64,000 bases of DNA from Octopus vulgaris (GCA_951406725.2 OX597814.1:104780001-104844000), one strand, 5' to 3'. Shown: positions 41,474 through 55,932, numbered from the stretch's first letter. The notes: generated by a model from the letters alone, not told the origin. Made by a program: numbers and translations.

Positions 41474-41518
<45 letters not shown>

Positions 41519-42395
41519 TTATAATATATATCTTAAACAAGAATATTATTGAGAGTGACTTTGAAATTTCAGCCAGTTAATCCATCGTCGGACTGCGATG
41601 AATTTAAGTTACTAACCGCTTTATAAAGTCTCTTTGGGTGTGTCTGCGTGAGTGGAGTGATAAATAGGGTTTAGCGTGGACTCCTATGGAAAGGTGTATG
41701 GAAGAAATTTTTATTGATTACATTTGGCGTTGATTTATTGTTTAGAATGTATATTGAAGTTAATCCTTTGCTTTGACAGTGTAAAGATCAAAAGTACAAA
41801 GTTAAGTATTCAAAACCTAAATAGCTGGGTGTGTCAAGTTTTTTGATGGAATTTTTTAGGGGTTCACAAAGAATGTAATTTAGGTGTATGTTTTAGCAGG
41901 TCAGTCTCTTTGCTTGTTGCTATTTAGGCTACTTTTTTTTTGTTTTTCTTTGCAAGGTGATGGTTATTAGTGAGGCATTTCATGGTGTATTAGTAAAGAA
42001 ACGTGTTTGTTTTGTGTCTTGATGTTCACAAAAGGATTTGGTTTGATGTAGAGGTTGTTAGTCTGTATGATTTTCTGTGGGCATTTAGTGTTCTATAAAG
42101 GATTTGATTAGCATATGCGGAAGTGGGGCACTATAAAAGGTGTGTATATTCCAGCATGAAAATGGGATTAAAAATAAAATTTAATCTGTACCTGTGTTTT
42201 TGTATGTGTGTGTCTGTGTGTGAGTGTCACCATTACTGTTTAACAACTGGTGTTGGTTTGTTGATGTCCCAATGACATAGCTATTCGGTGAAAAAATAGA
42301 CATAATAAGTACCAGACTTTAGCACTGAGATTCATGTATCTGAATAAAACCGTTCAAGGCAGTGTCCCCCACACAAACACGCGTACGTATACGTA

Positions 42396-42459
<64 letters not shown>

Positions 42460-43160
42460 TTCAAAGCCATGTATTAAAACTTGTAGGGGAAAATATATTA
42501 AAGAAGCGAAATAATCACACTAGTTAAATATATTTTATGGATATAAATATAAATAGAATAATTAGTTTCATGTGTGTGTATGTGTGTATGAGAATTTGCG
42601 TATGTATTTCTGTGTATGAGTGTGTGTGTGTGTGTGTGTGTGTGCGTGTGTGTGTGAACGCTGTGTATGTGTGCGTGTCTCTGTTTGTGTATGTGCGTGT
42701 GTGTGTATGTGTGTGTGAACATGTGTCTGTGCATGTGTGTATATGAGTGTGTGTGTATGAGTGTGTGTGTGAACATCTGTATGGGTATGGGTGTGTGTGT
42801 GCATGTGTGTGCGTGTATGTGTGTATGTGTGTATTAATGCTTCTTTTTATGTTCAGTTATAATAAAAATAAACTGTTACCTTAATCTGACGGGTTACTTT
42901 ATACTTTTTCCAGAGTACAAAACCCCTCTGCATAACAATTTCACCCCCAGATCTAATTATCCCTCCACTCAAACACACACACACACAAGGAAGATTTTAC
43001 TCAGCAGAGACTATATTAACCAACTTTAACTTTAATGCATCGCAGTTCGACTATGGTTTAACTCACCGAATCTTCGACGTCACTTTCAACAACATTCTTG
43101 TTTAAAAAGAATAAATGAACACACACACACACAGACTAACACTCACGCATGTACGTATTT

Positions 43161-43551
43161 CTTTCTTTCTTTTACTTGTTTCAGTCATTTGACTGCGGCC
43201 ATGCTGGAGCACCGCCTTTAGTCGAGCAACTCGACCCCGGGACTTATTCTTTGTAAGCCCAGTACTTATTCTATCGGACTCCTTTGCCGAATCGCTAAGT
43301 AACGGGGACATAAACACACCAGCAATGGTTGTCAAGCATTGCTAGGGGGACAAACACAGATACACATATATATATATATACATATATACGACGGGCTTCT
43401 TTCAGTTTCCGTCTACCAAATCCACTCACAAGGCTTTGGTCGGCCCGAGGCTATAGAAGAAGACACTTTCCCTAGGTGCCACGCAGTGGGACTGAACCTG
43501 GAACCATGTGGTTGGTAAGCAAGCTACTTACCACACAGCCACTCCTGCGAC
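43161..43551 (-). mobile_element. SINE family B, full length
   Basis: Reverse complement of the copy at 32264-32679. Confidence 0.92.
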
Positions 43552-44535
43552 TATGTATGTATGTATATATGTATGTATGTATGCATGCATGTATGTATGT
43601 ATGTATGTATGTATGTATGTATGTATGTATGTATGTATGTATGTATGTATGCATGTATGTATATACATATACATATGTGTGTGTGTGTGTGTGTTAGTAT
43701 GTTTATATTAACATACAAAGCTATACTTGTAATTTTGCATTCATCAGTCGACAAGTCGGTCATCCGGTGAACGACGCTCTCGTTGTAGATTCATTGAACC
43801 ATTCACCCAGTGACGTTCTTCCTCTCTGTCCCTCCCTCATTGTTCAATCAACCGTGCAGTTATTGTAGCAGTCCCTCCGCCGCCTTACTTCACAGTTCGG
43901 TTCGAGATCCAAATCCAAGGGAAAACCTTTCCCCACCACATTTCAAAACCCTTATCTAAAGCGACAGTTGGCTGTCCCTTGGAAACTCGCCTTCCACTTG
44001 TTGTCTTTTCTTATAATCATTTCCTATTCGCATTCTTTATGCTCAACCTCCACATTGGCACGAGGGAGGGTGCGGAGGGGTGGTGGGGTGGTGAGTGCCA
44101 GTTGTAGTCAAGTGATTCGCCCTCACAACTGTGCTGCTATTTAATCGTTGTTGTTGCTGCTGTTCTTGTTGTTATTACCGTTTTGTTGATGCTGTTGTTT
44201 AGCTCCAGATCAAACCAGATCTTTTATCTTCTTGTAAATTTCGGTCATTGGACTGCCTCGAGGTGTGAGTGTGTGTGTGTGTGCGTGGGGGGCGTCTACA
44301 CGAACGAATCGAACCCGGTGCCCATGTGTCTTTAAGTCTGCTATTTATTCTATCTTTCTCTCCTGTCGAACCGCTACATTACTAGAACGTAGACCAATAG
44401 AATACCGGTTATCAGAGGTGTTTGCCTGTGACACACACAGACACACGCGCGCGCACGCATACACAAACACACACATACACACATACACGCACATATACAC
44501 ACATACTTACACATACACACACACACACAAATACA

Positions 44536-44986
44536 GATGATGGGCTTCCACAGTTTCCTTCTATCAAATGCACACATTCACTCACAAGGCATTGGTCAGC
44601 CCAGGCTATAGAAGAAAACACTTGCCCAAGGGGGTACCACACAGTGGGACCGAACCAGAAGCCACATGGCAGCAAGCGAACTTCATAGCCACACAATCCC
44701 TTGCCTAAGGAACTTATCTAAAGAACATTCTAGCTTAACCCCTTTCATACCAACCCTCACGAGACTGACCATTGTCCTATGGTACAGACAGTCAGTTTTA
44801 AACTAATCCCAAACCCTTTCATCCAAATTCTTTGTTGATTATATTTCAAAGGCACAGACGTGGTTGTGGGGTACCAGGTTCAGTTTCATTGTGCGGCACT
44901 TTTGGCAAGTATCTTCTAATGTAGCCTCACGCTGACCCAAGTCTTTTGAGTGGATTCGTTAGACGGAAACTGTAAGAAGCCCTTTG
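44536..44986. mobile_element. Two diverged family-B SINE heads in divergent orientation (44536-44706 minus; 44850-44986 plus)
   Basis: CORE-like GGCAAGT.TCTTCTA and GTGGATT..TAGACGGAAACTG motifs. Confidence 0.7.
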
Positions 44987-44992
44987 TATAGT

Positions 44993-45236
44993 CAGGATGG
45001 CCCAATAGTAGGTTTACAATTATTCAACTATCTCTTTCGCATTCATATATTAACAGTTTAGATCTTAATTATGAAAAAAATATGTCAAACCATTATTCTC
45101 TGCTAATTCAGTTCATTTTGTCAGGGTTCCTTTTCAGTTTGTAAGATAGAAATTTAAATGTAATGTAATAAAATGTTTTAAAAGAAATTTAAAGTGCCTA
45201 CGTCATAACTGTAAACTTACTTTTGGGCCAGGCCTG
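44993..45236. mobile_element. Tc1/mariner-type MITE
   Basis: Imperfect TIRs CAGGATGGCCCAATAGTAGGTTTACAATT / AACTGTAAACTTACTTTTGGGCCAGGCCTG. Confidence 0.65.
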
Positions 45237-46264
45237 GGCCTATACGGGCCGAAACATATCAAAGTTATGTATATATATATATATATATACACACATATAA
45301 AAGTAGATAAATGGTCCAACAAGGCACTAATATTTACTGGAAAATAGCAATCGATATAAATACGATGCTTTTGTATAGCTTCACAGCGTATATACTAGCA
45401 AAGATGTGTGTGTGTGCAACAAAGATGAAAAAAAGTTGTCTTACCTCTGGGAAGAACATTCGATAAATGGACAACCTAGAATCGGATAATGTAGGGCCGG
45501 TTTCTAACTCTTCAAATACGTTTGACAACGTAAATTTGATCAGTCTTCATCAAATATATATATATTTATACATATACATACACACATAGATACACAAGTA
45601 CTGGTGTCGATACCTTCGACTAAAATTCTTCAAGGTGGAGCCCCAGCAAGGCCGCAGTGTAAGTAAAACGAAAAAGAAACGATGAAAGTTAAACTGTAAG
45701 CGAATAATAACAATTTCATTATGAAACAAGGGCAGTAAATTTCAACAGAAATATAGCTACAAAACGGTTTACCATCTGGTTTTTGTTTTTCTCTCAAAGT
45801 CTATCCAAGACTACATTATCTGAATGTGTTCTTCCTTTCTTTAAGGCTGTTGTCTGTGATTCAGGTACACTTGACACGCGAACGTAGGGGAACAGAGGAC
45901 AAAGGCGACGTTGATAGAATTTGAAAATATATTTCTGTGGAAGTGGCGTTATGTTCATTCCACTCATCATCCATTTTTTGCTGATGGGGGCCACACGTGT
46001 CGAATCTATATTTTGAGGGCACACTGCGCAAAATTTAATCGTGCTCATTATTCTGTTGTGGTTGCCCTGTACCCAATCGGTTCTACCTCGATATCTAGCC
46101 GTGGTCTCACTATTTTACTCAATTCACTTGTCATCAACAAATTGCTGCTTATTTATATCAATGATTCTGGAGAGGAAACCAAGTCAATTGATATTGGTTG
46201 TTATTGGTTGTTCAAATGAAAAGTAACATAATTCAACACTTCAGACCATTTAAACCGGAAGTAT

Positions 46265-46984
46265 ATTCTTTTCTGCTCTAGGCACAAGGCCCGACATTTT
46301 GGGGGATGGGGCCAGTTGTTTAGATAAACCCTAGTACACAACTGGTACTTAATTTATCGACCGCGAAAGGATGAAAGGCAAAGCCGGCCTCGGCGGAATT
46401 TGAACAAAGAACGTAAAGGCAGACAAAATACCTATTTCTTTACTACCCACAAGGGACTAAACACAGAGGAGACAAACAAGGACAGACAAACTGATTAAGT
46501 CGATTATATCGACCCCAGTGCGTAACTGGTACTTTATTTATCGACCCCGAAACGATGAAAGGCAAAGTCGACCTCGGCAAAATTTGAACTCGGGACGTAA
46601 CGACGGGCGAAATACCCATTTCTTTACTACCCACAAGGGGCTAAACACAGAGAGGACAAACAAGGACAGACAAACGGATAAAGTCGATTATATCGACCCC
46701 AGTGCGTAACTGGTACTTATTTGAACTCAGAACGTAGCGGCAGACGAAATACCTATTTCTTTATTACCCACAAGGGGCTAAACACAGAGGGGACAAACAA
46801 GGACAGACATAGGTATTAAGTCGATTACATTGACCCCAGTGCGTAACTGGTACTTAATTTATCGACCCCGAAAGGATGAAAGGCAAAGTCAACCTCGGCG
46901 GAATTTGAACTCACAGCGTAACGCAGACGAAATACCGCTAAGCATTTCGCCCGGCGTGCTAACGTTTCTGCCAGCACACCGCCT
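46265..46984 (-). mobile_element. SINE family A multimer: one head plus four body units
   Basis: Head at 46940-46984; unit junctions AAATACC.ATTTCTTTA at ~46430, ~46615 and ~46750. Confidence 0.9.
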
Positions 46985-49019
46985 AAAAACCGGAACTATA
47001 TTGAGTCTATTCCTCTCAGTTTGCCTTCATTTCCCGGTAGCAATGGAGATATTTCATACAGACTGTGCAGAATTTTACACGTTTTCCCCAAAATGACGAG
47101 TTCAATAAATAAAGATAATATTCAATAAACTAGACAAGAAATCAATCACCAAAATTTACCGATGATATTGATTAGAGTTGAGAACAACACGATAAAGTTT
47201 AAAGTGGCATCGGAAAGAAAAATGGTGGATCTTTTAAATTTTTACAATTGGCTATTTAGATTTCTTTCTTTTTTATTTATTTATTTATTTATTCATTTAT
47301 TTATTGTTAGTTTCGTGTTCAAATCCCGACGACCTCAATTTTCCCCTTTATTACTCTCCAAGATTGATTATAGAAATTATCAATCAAATATTGGAGCTGA
47401 TGGTATCGATTAACCCCACCCTTTAAAATTATTGACCTTGTACCCAAATTAAAAACCGTTATCAGTTGATTTAAAGGTTTTATATTGGGCGAATCGGCAG
47501 AGCATCGGATAAAATGCCTTTCGGTATTTGTTCCACTTGTCTACATTCTGAGTTCAAACCTCATCGAGTCAAGCTTTAATTTTTTATCTTTTGAAGAGTG
47601 ATGAGGTAAATATTGGTCAAGTACTCGGTCGGGTAAAATCGATTAGCCCCTCCCTTCAAAACTGCTAGCATTGGACCTAAACAGAAATCATTAACTGGAA
47701 GTTTAAGAATTGTTTATGGATATCAGAATCTATAGAATGCCAGCATTTAGGTGTTTCCTGTCTGAGTTCAAATATCACCTGGGTTGATTTTCTCTTCCAA
47801 TCTCCCGGGGTCCATGAAAATGGCACCACTCAAATACCGTTCCCTTGTGCAGAAAAATGGGTGACTAGCACCTCTTAAGTTAGAAATTGTTATTGGTCAG
47901 TTCTGTGGCTTGGTGAATGATTCAAACCCTATGAGATGCCGGACCAAATGTCTTGCCGGACAAAATGTCTTGTGGTATTTCGTTACATTTATTTTGTTCC
48001 AATATCAGTTTCTGTTTCAGACAGATTCGATAAACAAAACAAACGGCGAAGTATTGGAATGTTGCAATCGACTGAAACCCACCCCACCCCCTCCTTTGTC
48101 TCGTTCCTTATTCCTGGAATTATTGGCATTGGTGCCACGGACGGAAATTATTAGGGTGTGTAAGGTTTTTCAGGTCAGTGAATTTGGGGTCGGGGTAGAG
48201 AAGACATTTGGAAGTTGGTCTGATTAATGTTCAATGTGAATTAGAACATGGCGTTCTTTGAATGGAAACATGAGAGAGAAATATGGAATTCCTGAGAGAA
48301 TTTGTTCTAAAAGACAGAACAGAATATTTCGTTTGAGGATGGGGAATGGGATATATTGGTGTGAGGAAGGAAGGGTTTAGGTGATGGCAGTGGCGGATGA
48401 AATAATGTGTCAGAGTTCAGTGGAGCAAGGAAGGTGTGTTTGTTTATTTATTGTTTCGGTAAAGGAAATGAAATTCAACACGGTTCGCAGTCTCGAAATG
48501 TAACCAAAGTGTGAGGAAGTAAAGAATTTGGGTACACAGACTGACAACTTTATTTGCATGAGTGTGTGTGTATCGTTATGATATGTTGTATGCGCCTGAA
48601 GAATATGTTTGAGTTTTTTCAACATATGAAACAATTAGTAGCGCTTTAATATGTATTGTGACCTTTTGATAAATACCTACATTATATATGTGTGTGTGTA
48701 TGTGTGCGTGTGTGTGTTTGTGTGTGTGTATGTATGTAAGTATGTATGTGTATGTATGCATGCGTATCTATTTATTGATATATGTATACATACACAAACA
48801 TATATATATGTATGTACAATATATATATATATATGCATATATAGTTACACACATACAAAAATGTATGCCTAAATATATATATAAAAGAAAATAATATATA
48901 TATATTATTTATATGTGTGCGTGCATATATATATGTATGTGTGCGTGTGAATCATTAAGAGCGAACCATGAAAATTGTTTTAAAATGTTTTTTCTCAATG
49001 GATTTAAAATAAATATTTT

Positions 49020-49360
49020 ACGTCTTTAATTCGTTGGACTGCGGCCATGCTGTGGCACTGCCTTGGGCGGTTTTATTCAAATACATGGATCCCAGTGCTT
49101 AATTCTGGTACTTATTCTCTCTATTTTTTTGCCGAACAGCTATGTCACTGGGACATCAGCAAACCAACGCCAGTTGTTAAACAGTGATGGTGACACGAAG
49201 CAGAGACACAAAGACACACACACCGTTTCCGCCTGCCAAATTGAACTCATACGACCCGGTGCATATCCTAGAACACACTTACCCAAAGTACCGAACGGTG
49301 GAACTGAACCCGAATGCATGTGGTTGCGAAGAGAATTTCTTCAGCACATAGCCATGCCTA
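49020..49360 (-). mobile_element. Diverged SINE family B
   Basis: GACTGCGGCCATGCTG tail and GGAACTGAACCCG..CATGTGGTT head. Confidence 0.7.
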
Positions 49361-50104
49361 CGCTTCTGTTTAGTAACTTGTGGTGAGGCCTTGTAATGGT
49401 TGTTGCAAGATCTCCATCTTTCAGTACAAACCTGTAAAAGAATAGAACATCCCTTCCTCCGAATTATAACAAGATTATTGCTAAAATCCGAATAGAAACG
49501 ACCAGCTGATATGTAAATCATTTCGTTGTTGTGTAAATATCACAGCATGTCGGCCATGAAAGCGTTTACCGTCTTGAATAGGTGGAACATGTCTCAAGTT
49601 TTAATGGAATTAGTTTCCAAGAAAGATTCCAAAATACTCCGTGTTTATATTTGAACATTTCTCGTGTGGTTTGGTAGATAATTGTTAATTAGCGAGACAC
49701 TGATAATCAATAAGATAGTAATTATAAATATAATACGCATAACTAGGCATTGAGTAATTGTCGGCATGCCATTAATAGAGGCGACAGTACTAAATAATGG
49801 AAGACTTAATCCATGATTCATGTGCGTCTAATGTGGACTTGACGACTAATTTCCTAAAAAATAAACTGTCAGTTATATTGCATATATACATCCGCAAATT
49901 ATACACGCGAATAAGCATAGAGAATGTAAGACGTGAATGGAGGTTTTTAAAGCGGTCATTGAAAAAAAAAGAAAGAAAAAGGTTAACCGAATGAAAAATG
50001 AATGAATGAGCGAAGTGGCTTTTGATGTTGTAGCAACTGCAAGATGGCTGACTATGATATACATACATACATACATATATACATACATACATACATACAT
50101 ACAC

Positions 50105-50157
<53 letters not shown>

Positions 50158-50247
50158 CATGCATACATACACACGCCCAAACGCACAGACTCACGCACAC
50201 ACGCACACACACAGACACGCGCACAAACGCGGTCCACATATATATAC

Positions 50248-50293
<46 letters not shown>

Positions 50294-51217
50294 TTACACG
50301 TACAAAAATAACATGCATACTGACACATACAGACGCAGATAGTCACACGTACACATGCATATGCACACACGCAATGAGACATGCACCAACGCATGCGTTC
50401 ATACGCACACACGCACATTTAAACAAAGAGGTGCATTCATACATACATACGTTCATGCAAGCACAGACACATACACAGAAATACGCACAAAGCACGCTCA
50501 CACACACTCATACACACACGCACTCACACACACACATACTCACTTCCTCTCTCTCTCACACACACACACACACATACACACACGCACACACACAAAGAAA
50601 ACGAAAGGAAAGAGGCATTCCTTTGGTTCGAGTGGCTCCATGTTATGATTCCATCGTCCAAAAATTGCCAGAAAATTCCAAGAGAGTTTTTTTTTCAGGA
50701 TCACCCCCTGCCCCTCCAACCGACCGTTTTTGTCCCAATATCTTTATCCGGCACAGCATAGTTTACAGGCTGGAATGTCTTTGATCAAAGGTCGGCTGGA
50801 ACAGTGCTGACCCGGGGCTAAACACCTCCACTACCACCACAAACAAGAACAATAAGAACCATACCTACGACCGAACTATGACTGTGTCAGGAAACCCTCC
50901 ATCCATGCCAGACAATGATTAATGAAACACATTCTCATACAAACATAGTCACTTGTTTACTGTAATAAAGTATTTACAGTAAAGAGGGAGAGAGAGGAGG
51001 GAGAGCGTGTGTGTGTATGTGTGTGGAGAGAGGGGGAGAGAGCGGAGGGTGTATGTGTGGAGAGAGACAGAGGGGGGAGTAAGGGAAATAACTACAGTGG
51101 GTACATAACTTTATTCATCAACTTTATTTTCATCAACAGTTATATTGACAACGTAATGGCGACTGAACCAGCGGATGCATTCAGACGTTGTTTCTATTAA
51201 TTCTATATACATAAGGT

Positions 51218-51593
51218 CTTCTTCTTCTTCTTCTTCTTCTTCTTCTTCTTCTTCTTCTTCTTCTTCTTCTTCTTCTTCTTCTTCTTCTTCTTCTTCTTCT
51301 TCTTCTTCTTCTTCTTCTTCTTCTTCTTCTTCTTCTTCTTCTTCTTCTTCTTCTTCTTCTTCTTCTCCTCCTCCTCCTCCCTCCTTCTTCTTCTTCTTCT
51401 TCTTCTCCTTCTCCTTCTCCTTCTTCTTCTTCTTCTCCTTCTCCTCCTCCCCTTCTTCTTCTTCTTCTTCTTCTTCTCCTTCTCCTTCTCTTCTTCTTCT
51501 TCTTCTTCTTCTTCTTCTCCTTCTCCTTCTTCTTCTCCTTCTTTTCTTCTTCTTCTTCTTCTTCTTCTCCTCCTTCTTCTTCTTCATCTCCTC

Positions 51594-51624
<31 letters not shown>

Positions 51625-51630
51625 TTTTTC
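51218..51630. repeat. (CTT/CCT)n microsatellite
   Basis: Direct repeat; source of poly-E/R/S ORFs. Confidence 0.95.
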
Positions 51631-51959
51631 CTCCACCTTCTATTCTTGTTCGTCCTTTCCTCGTCCTTCCTCGTCCTTCCTCCTCCTCCTCCTCTATCTT
51701 TTCTTTTTTTATTACTGTATCATCTTCATCATCTAATACCTGTTGTTTCACTCCTCCTCCTCCTCCGCCTCCCCACCTCCTCTATTTCTCCTCCTCCTTC
51801 TTCTTCTTCTTCTTCTTCTTTTTCTCTTCCTTTTGTTCGTTTCTTTTTCTTTTACTTCATCGCGATCATCATCCTCTACTCCTCTTCTTTTCATCTTCAT
51901 CTTCATCTTCTCCTCCCCCTTATCTCCCCTTCCCATCCTTCTCCTTGATTATCCACATA

Positions 51960-52440
51960 GATGTCTGAGTCTGTGACATCCCCAGACATTCCTAGCGGTC
52001 TGTTGGTGTGCCTGGGTATGCTTGCTATTTATCAGGTACGTTTCTCGTCTGTTCGTCTCTTTGACGGAAACTGTAGTTCTGGGTCGAGTGAAGGTGCTGG
52101 TTGTACGTCAATCCTTACATTCTATAGAATACCACTGGCGGCAAGAGCAACGATTTCTCTGAGACACTTTAGACATCGATAGAGGCCAGCTAAACAAATG
52201 ATTAAGAATAACTTCCACAGCGAATGGCTTTGTTGATATGAGATAAGTTCTTCAGGTGCACGAGTGGAGTCCGCTTGGCCTGCATGAGGTGCTTGAAAAA
52301 CGATGATACCATTGTTGAACAAACTTGTTTTCTGTTCAGACATTGCTGTCGTGTGGGATTATGTCGAACAGCTATTCTTATCGTTGCGGTTGATCCAACA
52401 ATTCGCCGAATCTTCCGCGAGGATAAGAAAATGGCCATCT
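51960..52440 (+). mobile_element. L1/Tx1-clade LINE C-terminal relic (zf-RVT region)
   Basis: ALLI*DKFFR...ACMRCLKNDDTI...VWDYVEQL...FAES matches the ALPVRDKL...CPRC...DET...W.YVEQLL...SAES pattern I recall for Tx1. Confidence 0.65.
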
Positions 52441-52767
52441 TTTAATCGAGAAGTGGTCACGATATAAACATAAATACACAAAATGTTTCCCTCCCCTCTT
52501 TCTCTCTGCTTCTTACACACACACACACACACAGACACACACGCACACACATACACACACACACTTATATGGAGCAGCAAAGTATCCCCGACCGTCAGAT
52601 AACCTATGTCGCTTTATTAACGTCCTCATAAGTAAGCGTTTAGGCAAACGCGACCAATATAATAAATACCAAACAGAAAATTGGTATTAGGGACGATTTG
52701 TTTAACTAATTCTACAAGGAGGTGCTCCAGCATCGCCACAGACTGAAACAAGCTAATATATATATAT

Positions 52768-52887
52768 GGAGTGGCAGTGTGGTAAGAAGCTTGCTTACCA
52801 AGCACATGGTTCCGCGTTCAGTCCCACTGCGTAGCACCTTGGCCAATATATAAGCTCGGGCCGACCAAAGCTTTGCCAGTGGATTTG

Positions 52888-52943
<56 letters not shown>

Positions 52944-53152
52944 TTGTGTGTCAGTGCTTGTCCCCCATCATCGCTTGATAACCGATGCTGGTGTGTTTAT
53001 GCCCCCGTTCCTTATCGGTTCGGCAAAAGAGAAGGCGATAGAATAAGTACTAGGCTTACAAACAATAAGTCCTGGGGGCGATTTGTTCGACTAAAGACGG
53101 TGATCCAGCATGGCCACAGTCAAACGCCTGAAACAAGTAAAAGAATAAGAGA
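52768..53152 (+). mobile_element. SINE family B
   Basis: Head, internal (TG)n and tail homologous to the copy at 32264. Confidence 0.88.
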
Positions 53153-53398
53153 ATGTGCATTCAATCTGCCGGTATAGAGGTGGGAAAGCCAGAGTTCGAA
53201 TGACGATTAAGCAGCAATTCTGGTATCAGGTCGACTGGGTTTATTAACGGCAAAAGATGTTTTGGAAAGATCAACGGTTTGTACGGGTTTCGTGGATAAA
53301 ACTGGACTCACACCATCAAGTGCTGGTGTGTGGTATACGCATGCGTACGAGTTACGAATACACTCCGTAGCTGGATATGTCGGATGCTACCTAATAAA

Positions 53399-53449
<51 letters not shown>

Positions 53450-53677
53450 TGTGTGTGTGTGTGTGTGTAAGAACGAGCGTCGAAACTATATTTTGTTAAC
53501 GTATTAGGTTTGACTAATAAAACTGTCTTGGTTCTTGTTAGCTTCCTGTGTCGTGTTTGTGTTTGTGGTATGTGCGGTATGTGTGTGCGCACGTGTGCGA
53601 GTGTGCGTGCGTGTTTGTGTTTGCACGTGTGTGCGTGTATGTATGTGTATGTGTGTGTGTGTGTGCGTGTATGTGTG

Positions 53678-53743
53678 TGTGGAACCGTGAATAAATGAAT
53701 GTGGAACCGTGAATAAATAAATGTGGAACCGTGAATAAATAAA
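53678..53743. repeat. 22-bp minisatellite, three copies (TGTGGAACCGTGAATAAAT(G/A)AA)
   Basis: Direct repeat, period 22. Confidence 0.9.
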
Positions 53744-54200
53744 TAAAAGAATGAGCGATAAGAAGCGTTTAAATGCGGTATCATAATACAGTCCTTGCAG
53801 ACTGGTATGGACTGTCATTTCTGTGTATCTATATATCTGTCTGTATATGCGTGCGTTCGTGTGTGTGTGTGTGTGTGTGTGTGTGGTGTTAAGTATGTGT
53901 CGGTTATATTGTTTGTATGTCAGCGTGTGTGTGTGCGCTGTATATTGGCGAATAAACGTGGTAGATGTTATGGTCAATGGCGTGAGTGGTTGCATCTGCG
54001 TAGATGTTTGGTTAATGGTGATTCCATATTGTTAATCCTTAGCTCGAGGTTACTAGTGCGCATGCGTGTGAATATGCTAGTGTGTGTGTATGTGTGTGAA
54101 GTTATACAGCACATCGGTTTGATACGGTGGGTGTCTGCTTTTGGTTATATATATGTAGACATTAGTGGGGTAGAAGTTGCGTTGTGCATATATATATATA

Positions 54201-54358
54201 GGGGCAGGCGTGGCTGTGTGGTAAGAAGCTCAAGCTTGTCAACCACATGGTTCCGGGTTCAGTCCCACTTACCTTAGGCAAGTGCCTTCTACTATAACCT
54301 CGGGGCGACCAAAGCCTTGTGAGTGAATTTGGTAGGTGGAAACTGAAAGAAGCCCGTC

Positions 54359-54407
<49 letters not shown>

Positions 54408-54496
54408 CAAAATATTTGAGATTCAGATGAATTAGGTACTTAAGTTGAAGCACCCAAAATTAATGCGGTATTATCCGTACAACTTTATGATAAAGT

Positions 54497-54558
<62 letters not shown>

Positions 54559-55073
54559 GTAGAAGTAAATGGAGAATAAATGGATGTAATTACCGATTTA
54601 TTTGCATGTTGTAGAACGATGACATTTTTTTAAAAAGGTTATAATGATCACCTAAGTGGAGTTAGCTCTTTTTGAACCCTGAAAATTCCAACCATGAAAT
54701 AATATAAATGTGGCAATTTCCTTGACATTAAACTTGTTTTGGAGATTCACATCTGCTTATCGCTTTGACAGAAACATATATGTAGGTTCTTTTTACGTTT
54801 GTTTTTCTGAACCTTTTGAGCTTTCAACTTCCAATTTTATATTTGTAATGATTTTTTTAAAAAAAAAACGTTATCTTTCTACAACTTGCAAATAAATCAG
54901 TAATTACATCCATTTATTCTCTATAATATTCTTCTTGTTTTTCGCTCAATATTAATGATTAATTTCAACAATCCTAAACATATGCAAATGGCTTGATATG
55001 GATTGAACTAGTGGAACACCTTGAATTATGTAATCCATGATGAGGACTTAACTTCCTCGAATTAACTAAATAT

Positions 55074-55121
<48 letters not shown>

Positions 55122-55315
55122 ATATTTGTGTGTCTATGTTTGTCACCCCATCATCGCTTGATAACCGTAACTTAGCGGTTCGGCAAAGAGAAAGCGATAA
55201 AATAAGTACTGGGCGTACAAAAAATAAGTCCTGGGGTCGATTTGTTCGACTGAAGGCGGCGGTTCTGCATGGCCGCAGTCAAATGCCTGAAACAAGTAAA
55301 AGAATAAAAAAAGAA
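54201..55315 (+). mobile_element. SINE family B split into head (54201-54360) and tail (55125-55315) by nested insertions
   Basis: Head ends GAAGCCCGTCG(TA)n; the tail resumes TGTGTGTCTATGTTTGTCACCCC after a second (TA)n. Confidence 0.75.
54553..54940. mobile_element. Foldback/MITE with long inverted arms
   Basis: GAGAATAAATGGATGTAATTACCGATTTATTTGCATGTTGTAGAA versus TTCTACAACTTGCAAATAAATCAGTAATTACATCCATTTATTCTC; termini AAACAAG / CTTGTTT. Confidence 0.8.
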
Positions 55316-55459
55316 TATATGTGCGAGCGTACACATATCAACATTATGTATGGGAATTCGAAGTATCGCGGTCGCACGAAAGTTGGGATTGTATTTTAAG
55401 CTAATACGTATAAACAGACGTGTGTGTGTGAATGTAGTTGCAGTGTGCGTGTATATATT

Positions 55460-55878
55460 TGTTACTTTATTGCCCACACAGAGGGCTAAACATAGAAGGG
55501 ACAAACAAGGACAGTCAAAGGGATTAAGTCGATTGTATCGGCACCAGTGCATAACTGGTTCATACTTACTCGACCTCGACAAGATGAAAGGCAAAATCGA
55601 CCTCGGTGGAATTTGAACTCAGAACGTAACGGCAGACGAAATACCTATTTCTTTATTACCCACAAGGAGCTAAACACAGAGAGGAGAAACAAGGACAGAC
55701 AAACGGATTAAGTTGATTACATCGACCCCAGTGTGCGACTGGTACTTAAATTATCGACCCCGAAAGGATGAAAGGCAAAGTCGACCTCGACGGAATTTGA
55801 ACTCAGAACGTAACGGCAGACGAAATGCCGCTAAGCATTTCGCCCGGCGTGCTAACGATTCTGCCAGCTTACTGCCTC
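55460..55878 (-). mobile_element. SINE family A, one head plus two body units
   Basis: Same architecture as the copy at 2015-2360. Confidence 0.9.

Positions 55879-55932
<54 letters not shown>

Noticed and set aside
41300-42170. Possible Penelope-like relic on the minus strand
   Set aside because: Only vague similarity; no diagnostic motif readable
51961-52438. GC-rich unique-looking island with several short ORFs, considered as host exons
   Set aside because: Plus-strand translation matches a decayed L1/Tx1 zinc-finger region
53678-53743. Three 22-bp direct repeats, CRISPR-like at a glance
   Set aside because: No spacers, no cas genes, eukaryotic context; simple minisatellite
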